Assembly: GCA_001767075.1 (NCBI GenBank)
Contig: MEKX01000013.1
Span: forward strand, 1 to 61,733
Reading direction: 5' to 3'
From: Acidobacteria bacterium RIFCSPLOWO2_12_FULL_54_10
Lineage (GTDB): Bacteria > Acidobacteriota > Terriglobia > 2-12-FULL-54-10
Length of the DNA stretch: 61,733 bases
The notes below the pieces were generated by a model, which searched no databases, was not told where the DNA came from, and worked only from the letters and a program-made list of their open reading frames with translations. Positions 55,158-61,733 of the stretch are shown here, piece by piece (position 1 is the stretch's first letter; every line of letters starts with the position of its first letter). A program made the translations under genes and the position numbers.

Positions 55158-56156
55158 GTGGATGAAAAAATCCGTTCGGTTTGGGTGGGAGTGCTGATCA
55201 TACTGGCACTGGCTGCACATCCAACATCGATGAGCGCAATTGATTGGCCGTGGAGAGCGAAGAAGCCGCACCAACTGACCGCGAAGTGCTCATTGGAAAA
55301 AGATCAGGTGGAACAAAATTTTCAGTCCATTCTGAAGGCGAGAGTGGAAGCGAACGATACTCACGGGCATCGGTTGAGTTACGGCTGGTCAGCGAACGGG
55401 GGACGCATTGAAGGCAAAGGCGCCGATGCGGAAATCGATATCAGCAACGTGAACCCCGGCATCTACGGCATCGCAGCGATCGTCAAAGACAATCAAGGGC
55501 AAACGGCGAACTGCACTGCGCAGTTCCGAATCATTCCGCCGCCCAATGTAGTGGCCATCACCTGCGGTTCGCAGCCATCCTCAGCAGAGGCAGGCGCGGA
55601 AATTCTACTGCAAGCCGAGTCCAGCGATCGGCTGGGGCGTCCGCTGCGGCACCGCTGGACAACCAACGGCGGCAGTATTAAGGAACAAAATGGCAAGTCA
55701 GCGCGACTGGATACAACGGGGCTGCTTCCCGGGGAGTATCAGGTTTCCGGCAGAGTGGAAGACGATATGGGAATCGCCGCGGATTGCGCCGTGACCTTCA
55801 GCATAAAGCCTAAGGAAGCGCCCGCGATCCTGGAACCGGCGAACGTGGCGCAGGTCCTGTTTTTGCGCAATCAATCCGCATTCGATTTGAGCGGCCAGGA
55901 ATCACTCAAGAAAGTCATCGAGCGGTCGAATAAAGATGCGGCTGGGCGGATATCCATTGAAGCCTATGGAGACCCCGATGAGACCAATCCAGATCAACTG
56001 GCGACAGAACGGGCGGAACTGGTAAAGCAATATCTGGTGCAAAATGGTATTGAGGAGTCGAGAGTACAGGTACTGATTGGCGTTGGCGGGAGGCTGGGTG
56101 GATCGCGCAACCGTACGGTGGATGTCATTTGGGTTCCAGATGGTTTAATTTATTAG
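55158..56156 (+). CDS. OmpA-family protein with two Ig/PKD-like repeats
   Basis: The GTG at 55158 gives the signal peptide MDEKIRSVWVGVLIILALAAHP. There are two internal repeats (HRLSYGWSANGGRIEG... and RHRWTTNGGSIKE...) and a C-terminal OmpA-like segment ERAELVKQYLVQNGIEESRV. Confidence 0.6.
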   Translation: MDEKIRSVWVGVLIILALAAHPTSMSAIDWPWRAKKPHQLTAKCSLEKDQVEQNFQSILKARVEANDTHGHRLSYGWSANGGRIEGKGADAEIDISNVNPGIYGIAAIVKDNQGQTANCTAQFRIIPPPNVVAITCGSQPSSAEAGAEILLQAESSDRLGRPLRHRWTTNGGSIKEQNGKSARLDTTGLLPGEYQVSGRVEDDMGIAADCAVTFSIKPKEAPAILEPANVAQVLFLRNQSAFDLSGQESLKKVIERSNKDAAGRISIEAYGDPDETNPDQLATERAELVKQYLVQNGIEESRVQVLIGVGGRLGGSRNRTVDVIWVPDGLIY

Positions 56157-56210
56157 AACCGCGCAGAATTCCAAGGAAGGCTGAAAGAGCAATAAGGGCG
56201 GAAAGTAATC

Positions 56211-56564
56211 ATGTCAGAACGTGGAAGAAAAATTTGTCCTCTATGCGGAAAGCCCACCATGCACCGGTCCCACAAGATTAATCTTGCAGACTATGTTTCA
56301 GCCGTTTTGGGATATCGCGCACTGCGATGCCATGCATGCTATTACCGCTACCGCGTGCGCGGCGTAAGCAGGAAAACATATCTTTGGACGCAGTGCCCCA
56401 AATGCTTCTCCACCGAAGTGAACAGAATCGAACGGGATAAGGTATTTATTAACGGGAGAAATTTTTGGTGGACCTTCTTGCATGCTCCGGGATACCGCTG
56501 CTCGAAATGCAGAACCCGCTATTTCGATTTTCGGCCGGCGAAGCATTCTGCCGTGAGTTCCTGA
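56211..56564 (+). CDS. small protein with four CxxC pairs (double zinc ribbon)
   Basis: CPLC, CHAC, CPKC and CSKC are spaced as two ribbons. 117 aa, basic. Confidence 0.5.
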   Translation: MSERGRKICPLCGKPTMHRSHKINLADYVSAVLGYRALRCHACYYRYRVRGVSRKTYLWTQCPKCFSTEVNRIERDKVFINGRNFWWTFLHAPGYRCSKCRTRYFDFRPAKHSAVSS

Positions 56565-56599
56565 CTTCGACCAAACCACACTAAAAGAAAAGGCTACCC

Positions 56600-57868
56600 T
56601 TGGCGAACAAGACAACCATCTCACGCAAGACCAGAGTAAAAGTTGCAGACAGCGTGCCAGCCCCGGCCACGAAACCGCAGTGGGACAAGCTGCGCGCGTT
56701 GCTGAAGCCGGACAAGCTGCCCTTGGGGCTGACCGCAGTGTTGCAGCATGTATTGAAGCAGTTGCATGAGGCTGCGCCCCAAATGGCAGCGGGGATATTT
56801 CTATTAGATGAAGAGAAAAGAAGCATACAGGCGCAAGTATCCGAACTATTCCAGCGGGGAATCCAGGAAGGCCGGGGAGCGTTGCCGGAGGTGCTGCGAA
56901 CCTCAGCGCCGGTAACCATATTAGAGTTGCCTGCCGTGGAGGGAGAGTCCGTGGCAATGCAGTCGCAGATCATGGTGTCCTTGCAGGCCTCTCCGCGAGT
57001 GCGTGGCGCGCTAATCTTGCGCTCGCCGGGCAAGAATGCGTTTACGGCGGCGGATGGGGAAGCACTCTCGCGCATTGCGCAGAAAATACAGACGGCCATC
57101 GAAAACGCCATGATCCACGAAAAAATGCTGCAGGAAGCCGGCGGAGAAGCGGAGCGCGACCTGGTGATGGCGCAGGAAATCATGGCGCGGCTGGTCCCCC
57201 GGAAAGCCCCCGAAATCACCGGCGTGCAGGTGGCCAATATCAACGTGCCGGCGAAGATCGTCGGCGGCGATTTTCTGGATTACATTAATTTGCGCGACAA
57301 TCACTATGGGTTTCTGGTGGCTGACGCGGCGGGCAACGGCATCCCTTCCGCGCTGCTGATGACCGGTTTCCGGGCGCTCTTCCGGGGGTTGATCCAGAAT
57401 GAATTCAACATCCGCTCGGTGTTCCGGCGCGTGAACGAGCAGCTCGTCGAAAGCACGGCGTCGCACCAGTTCGTGTCCGCCTTTTATGCCGCATTGGACG
57501 TAACGACGCGGCGGCTGATCTACGTGAATGGAGGGCATGTGCCGCCCTTGCTGTACCGGCCCGACCAGCCGCCGCGCGCACTGGAAGTGGGGGGGCCGGT
57601 GCTAGGGATTCTGCCGGGAACCTCATACCATGAGGATTCGGTGGTCGTGAAGCCGAACGACATCCTGGTGCTGTACAGCGACGGCCTTTCAGAAGCGGAA
57701 AGTCCTGATGGACTCATTTTCGATTCCCACCACATTCTGAGAGTGGTGGAGAATCATGAAAAGAAATCCGCTGAAGAAATCTGCCAGGCGTTGCTGGAGG
57801 AAGTCCAGAAGTTTTCCGGCGCACAGCACGCGGACGATTTGACGATTTGCGTGCTGAAATTCTTGTGA
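56600..57868 (+). CDS. GAF-domain PP2C-type (SpoIIE/RsbU-like) serine phosphatase
   Basis: C-terminal GGDFLDY...VADAAGNGIPSAL...NGGH...YSDGLSEA...DDLT motifs. The N-terminal domain is GAF-like. Confidence 0.8.
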   Translation: MANKTTISRKTRVKVADSVPAPATKPQWDKLRALLKPDKLPLGLTAVLQHVLKQLHEAAPQMAAGIFLLDEEKRSIQAQVSELFQRGIQEGRGALPEVLRTSAPVTILELPAVEGESVAMQSQIMVSLQASPRVRGALILRSPGKNAFTAADGEALSRIAQKIQTAIENAMIHEKMLQEAGGEAERDLVMAQEIMARLVPRKAPEITGVQVANINVPAKIVGGDFLDYINLRDNHYGFLVADAAGNGIPSALLMTGFRALFRGLIQNEFNIRSVFRRVNEQLVESTASHQFVSAFYAALDVTTRRLIYVNGGHVPPLLYRPDQPPRALEVGGPVLGILPGTSYHEDSVVVKPNDILVLYSDGLSEAESPDGLIFDSHHILRVVENHEKKSAEEICQALLEEVQKFSGAQHADDLTICVLKFL

Positions 57869-58057
57869 CTAGCAAAGTGTCTTTAACGGGTTGGGGCATT
57901 TATTTTGTAACTTATGTGGGACAAGGGCATCTAACGAATCAGGGCATTCCCATAGTAAGTGCAGAGGACGACCTGAAGAAGCGCCGCCAGCCTGGCGGCT
58001 CAATGGACCAGCGGGACGCTGGCGCTACTTACAGCGGATTTTCGGCAACGCGATTCG

Positions 58058-59185
58058 GTGGATAGAGGAAGGCGGTTTCCCGTGCGACATAATCAATATC
58101 GATATTTGCCCGGCTGGCTGATGGTATTGGCGCTGTTGGGTATGGCTACGCTAGTTCATGCGCAGGGCGGCAACACCCAGCGCGCTGACTGGATGGACGC
58201 AGCACCGACCTCAACCGGACTTAAGGTTGGAGAAAAAATCCCGGCGTTTCGTGGAACGGACCAGAATGGACAAGAACGAGATTTCCAATCCATCAAGGGT
58301 CCAAAGGGAGCCGTGATTGTGTTCAGCCGCTCTGCGGACTGGTGCCCTTATTGCAAGACGCAATTGATAGAGATGGAACAGTACATTGACGACTTCAAAA
58401 AGCAGGGGCTGGGAGTCGTCGCAATGACATATGATTCCACTGAAATAGTAGCCGACTTCGCCAAACGCCACAATATCACCTACCCTTTGCTGGGCGACTC
58501 TGATTTCAATATCATTCGCGCGTTTGGCGTTTTGAATACATCCGTGCCGGAAGACCACACATGGTATGGAGTTCCCTACCCTGGAACGTTCATCGTGGAT
58601 CAAGACGGCGTTGTCCGGTCGAAATATTTCGAGGACAACTATCGGGACCGCTATTCCGCGCCGACCATACTATTGCGTGAATTCGGATCGGTGGCCGGAA
58701 CCAGAGAGATGACGTCTAAAACGCCGCATCTGGAAATGAAATACTATTCGACGAAAGATGTGGTTCGACCAAACCTGCATTTCACGCTGGTGGCGGTTTT
58801 CCAGTTGCCGCCCAAGATGCACGTGTATTCGCCGGAAGTGGAAGGTTATATCCCCATAGATTTCGCGTTGGATGCTTCGCCGAACTTCAAAATTTTGCCA
58901 GCGGCATATCCCAAATCAAAGGTGCTGTTCCTGGAAGCAATTGACGAAAAAGTTCCGGTCTATGAAGGGAAATTCCGCATTACACAGGATGTGATCCTGG
59001 CCGGCAGTCGCGAATTACAGGCTCTGCTCGCCGGGAGCAAGCAGATCAAGATCACGGGAAAACTCCGCTATCAGGCCTGCGACGACAAGATTTGTTATCT
59101 GCCTCAAACGCTTCCCATGGAGTGGACGCTTGCATTGGAGCCGCTGGACACGGAAAGAGTTCCAGAGGAATTGCGCCGTAAGTAA
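58058..59185 (+). CDS. AhpC/TSA-thioredoxin-fold protein fused to a DsbD-N-terminal-like domain (start uncertain; ATG at 58121)
   Basis: Redox motif SADWCPYCKTQL in a peroxiredoxin-like fold. The C-terminal domain ends with LRYQACDDKICYLP, typical of DsbD-alpha-like domains. Confidence 0.75.
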   Translation: MDRGRRFPVRHNQYRYLPGWLMVLALLGMATLVHAQGGNTQRADWMDAAPTSTGLKVGEKIPAFRGTDQNGQERDFQSIKGPKGAVIVFSRSADWCPYCKTQLIEMEQYIDDFKKQGLGVVAMTYDSTEIVADFAKRHNITYPLLGDSDFNIIRAFGVLNTSVPEDHTWYGVPYPGTFIVDQDGVVRSKYFEDNYRDRYSAPTILLREFGSVAGTREMTSKTPHLEMKYYSTKDVVRPNLHFTLVAVFQLPPKMHVYSPEVEGYIPIDFALDASPNFKILPAAYPKSKVLFLEAIDEKVPVYEGKFRITQDVILAGSRELQALLAGSKQIKITGKLRYQACDDKICYLPQTLPMEWTLALEPLDTERVPEELRRK

Positions 59186-59650
59186 AGGCGAGAGGCGAGG
59201 GCGCATTAGCACCGAGAGTGGTTTCATCCGTTTACAGTTGAGCGCCGGTTCTGTCGCCCCTGCCGGGGCTGTTGAACAGGATGCACGATACAGAATACCG
59301 GCCTAGAGCATTTTTATGGTTGGTGTATAGAGCTAGGCCAATCGCGAACTATCCCCGCAGGGGATGTTTTTCCATGGCGCTATACATCATCTGTGAAAAA
59401 GGCCTAGTATTCGTGATACAAGACGCTTAATCGAAATTTGGGTGGTCGCTCCTTCACTGTCCCTTCGACAGGCCCTTCGACGTTGCTCAGGACAAGCTCA
59501 GGACAGGTGCGCGCTCGGATTAAACATCAAATGCAAAAGCCCACGATGAGGAAAGCTCTCATCGTGGCTACCAAACCTGCCCGCTTGCTTACGTGCGCGG
59601 CTCAGAAAACATAAAGGTGGAAATGCCCTAGATTGCGGATGCGTTGGGAA

Positions 59651-59682
59651 TTAAAACAACAATAGGGGGGGTGAATCCCCCC
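59651..59682 (-). terminator. rho-independent terminator of the amidohydrolase gene
   Basis: On the minus strand: GGGGGG-ATTCAC-CCCCCC followed by TATTGTTGTTTT, 22 nt after the stop. Confidence 0.55.
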
Positions 59683-59703
59683 AACTTATTTAAGTCTGAA
59701 AAC

Positions 59704-61563
59704 TTACCACTGCGAAGCAAGACCACCGAGTTCCACCTGAGCGCCAACGGGCTGCATGCCCCATTCGCGAGCGGCGGATGGAGCCATGTGCTCAATTTTG
59801 CCGCCCACCATAGTCATCAAGATGTGAATCTTGCGCAATTCTTCAATCGAAACGGTCAGGTAGTCCTTGTCCATCACGGTTAAATCCGCCCATTTGCCCG
59901 GTTCCAGCGAGCCTAAAACACTCTCCTTCTTTGCGGCATAAGCGCCAAAAATAGTGGCAACTTTCATCATCGATTGGCGGTCGATTGCTGTCGCAGGAGC
60001 GTAGGCCGTTCCGTTTTGATCTTTGCGGGTAAGAGCGGTGTAAAAAATGTCGAAGAACGTCAAATCGGTATATTCGATGGGACGATCATTCTCCAAGTTG
60101 TTCATCACTCCGGCTTCAAACATGGCCTTGCGAGGAAGCGATTGCACGGCGCCGCGCTCGCCATAATCGCGCGTATTCTCCCGCACCATGCCGTCATATA
60201 GAGCGAAGTCGAATCCGCTGGTCATCATACCCATGCTCTTATAGCGGGGAATCTGGTCCGTGCGAGGATACATGGTCATATGGTTGCTGATATGACGCTT
60301 GGCGCGAATCTCGTCCGGCGTCATGCCTGCGTCCTTGCTGGCTTTCTCGATGGTGTCGAGCATCAAATCAATTTCGTCATCCCCCATCATGTGATTGCCC
60401 GACATGCGTCCACCCGCCTTGACATATTCATACAAAGCCCTGGATACGCTCTGCCGGGAATACTGAGTATTTGTGCAAGCCCGCGCCTTGCGTGCTTCCG
60501 CTTCAGGAGAAATCGGCGTCAACTTGCTGCAATTTCCACCATGCTCCGGGTCCATGCCGTCCAGCCAAAAATAATCCGAGCCCAAGCCTTCGAGAGCAAC
60601 CAAGGCCTCGACGAAATAGGGGTCCTCGAAGAAGTCGTTCCGGAAGGACCAGAACCAAGACCAGGAGAAGCGCATCGCCAACTGCTTGCGGCGATCCAGC
60701 GTGCGATAGGCGCGAATCTGCATGGGCGAATACAACGCAGTGCCGTTCAGCGTTTGGCCGTAACCTGTATACCAAGATAGGCCCAGGCGGTAGATTTCAA
60801 TCAATTGCGCCGGGGTATAGACCACGGCCGGTTCGACATAGCGATAGCCATAGAACTCTCTGGACGCCTCAGGGAGAAAATTCTTCATGGCAGCTCCATA
60901 AACCGCGTCGGTCATGTCAATGGCTTTCTGGTTGAACAGCGAACCGGTGAATCCGAGGCGAATTTGCACGGGATTGTTGGGAGCAGCCAGGTCCAGCATC
61001 TGCTTGTTAATCTGCCTGCCAATCAACGCATTGATGCCGTTTCGCCATTCGTAATTAAAGTCCTTCCCATAGAGGAGAGAAATCCTGATCCACTTGCCCG
61101 GCGTGGGCGTGGCTTTTTGAACCGCTTCGTCAAACACTCGCGGAAACTGCTTCAGCACTTCTTCCGGCGAAACGCTTAAAAAACGCTCCACGTGCACATC
61201 GTCGCTCGGGATCACTTTCCGAATGATCTTTTCATTCAGGCTGTTCCAATCCTGCGGGTGGTCGTGAGTAACGATGAAGCCGGGCGTGACGGTGCGGCCT
61301 TTCAGGTCAATCGATTTCGTATTGGCCCCGGCCAGACGGCGGAGGTCAGCGTCAGTGCCGACCGCGAGAACTTTGCCCTCACGGATGGCCAGCGCCTGAG
61401 CAATGGCGCCCAGGTTTGCGTTCACCTCGTGGTTATTCACCGTGACAATTTTCCCGTTGTAGAGGATGGTATCGGGGGCCTGCTGCTGCGCCTGCAGCAG
61501 GCCGCTGCCCCAAAACAGGCCTACGACTGCCAACATAGTAAACACCAAACTTTTTTTGATCAT
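59704..61563 (-). CDS. secreted amidohydrolase-family (Amidohydro_3-like) metal hydrolase
   Basis: Signal peptide, the HDHP metal motif near the N-terminus (TPGFIVTHDHPQDW), and a C-terminal ...GSLEPGKWADLTVMD... pattern. Confidence 0.8.
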   Translation of the reverse strand: MIKKSLVFTMLAVVGLFWGSGLLQAQQQAPDTILYNGKIVTVNNHEVNANLGAIAQALAIREGKVLAVGTDADLRRLAGANTKSIDLKGRTVTPGFIVTHDHPQDWNSLNEKIIRKVIPSDDVHVERFLSVSPEEVLKQFPRVFDEAVQKATPTPGKWIRISLLYGKDFNYEWRNGINALIGRQINKQMLDLAAPNNPVQIRLGFTGSLFNQKAIDMTDAVYGAAMKNFLPEASREFYGYRYVEPAVVYTPAQLIEIYRLGLSWYTGYGQTLNGTALYSPMQIRAYRTLDRRKQLAMRFSWSWFWSFRNDFFEDPYFVEALVALEGLGSDYFWLDGMDPEHGGNCSKLTPISPEAEARKARACTNTQYSRQSVSRALYEYVKAGGRMSGNHMMGDDEIDLMLDTIEKASKDAGMTPDEIRAKRHISNHMTMYPRTDQIPRYKSMGMMTSGFDFALYDGMVRENTRDYGERGAVQSLPRKAMFEAGVMNNLENDRPIEYTDLTFFDIFYTALTRKDQNGTAYAPATAIDRQSMMKVATIFGAYAAKKESVLGSLEPGKWADLTVMDKDYLTVSIEELRKIHILMTMVGGKIEHMAPSAAREWGMQPVGAQVELGGLASQW

Positions 61564-61590
61564 TATTATCTCCTCTGATTTTGGGTCTCT

Positions 61591-61733
61591 CTACCACTGC
61601 GCTGAATTACCGCCCAGTTCCACCTGTGCGCCAGCGGGTGGCAGACCGGTTTCACGAGCCAGGGAGGGAACCAGATGTTCGATCTTCCCGCCGACCATGG
61701 TCATCAAAACCCGAATCGAGCGCATCTCTTCTA
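61591..61733 (-). CDS. amidohydrolase paralogue, C-terminal 46 codons only (the rest lies right of the window)
   Basis: Translation EEMRSIRVLMTMVGGKIEHLVPSLARETGLPPAGAQVELGGNSAQW* parallels the C-terminus of the neighbouring gene (EELRKIHILMTMVGGKIEHMAP...GAQVELGGLASQW*). Confidence 0.6.
   Translation of the reverse strand, partial: EEMRSIRVLMTMVGGKIEHLVPSLARETGLPPAGAQVELGGNSAQW

Overview
This is a chromosomal window of about 62 kb with no rRNA and no CRISPR array. The protein signatures suggest an Acidobacteriota-type soil bacterium: a VWFA-related 'acidobacterial' VWA protein, an ECF/ZAS pair and GC-rich REP-like palindromes. This taxonomic call is an inference.

Gene content, left to right:
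- The 3' end of a tyrosine integrase abutting tRNA-Asn, then an ECF sigma factor with a soluble ZAS anti-sigma factor.
- A histidine operon, hisI-G-D-C-(HAD)-B-H-F-(methyltransferase)-A-(GNAT).
- A SAM-I riboswitch in front of a threonine-synthase-like PLP enzyme and a GG-terminated MoaD/ThiS-like carrier, then proC and tRNA-Ala.
- A DinB-family protein, msrB-chrA, a CDGSH protein, and a LexA paralogue with degenerate self-cleavage motifs.
- VWA and FecR-like/coiled-coil envelope proteins, a cytochrome c gene interrupted by an in-frame TAA, and tRNA-Ser.
- A polysaccharide locus: a frameshifted Wzx flippase, two methyltransferases, a GT2-NodB fusion and a GT2.
- TPR, membrane and metallophosphoesterase genes, then an IS481-family element.
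- A LexA/UmuD-like plus Y-family polymerase cassette behind a GAAC-N4-GTTC box, and an orphan GvpL/GvpF-like gene.
- dapB-asd-M20-PduO-panDCB, pilCTB, tatAC and an M28 peptidase.
- A sulfite/nitrite reductase, envelope and signalling genes, and two tandem amidohydrolase paralogues.

Most notable observations:
1. Two candidate ribosome-mediated attenuators. One is a His-rich leader ORF before hisI. The other is a Cys-Cys-containing leader ORF before the sulfite reductase. Each has a terminator hairpin and a competing upstream pairing. Together with the SAM-I riboswitch, that makes three termination-based leaders in one window.
2. The SAM-riboswitch-controlled ThrC-like plus sulfur-carrier pair, which suggests a protein-thiocarboxylate route to homocysteine.
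3. Two LexA-family proteins. Only the one in the polymerase cassette keeps an Ala-Gly site, a Ser nucleophile and a palindromic box.
4. Three apparently damaged genes: an in-frame gap in hisG, a nonsense codon in the cytochrome c gene, and a homopolymer frameshift in wzx.

All functional calls come from reading motifs in the translated ORFs. No database search was run.
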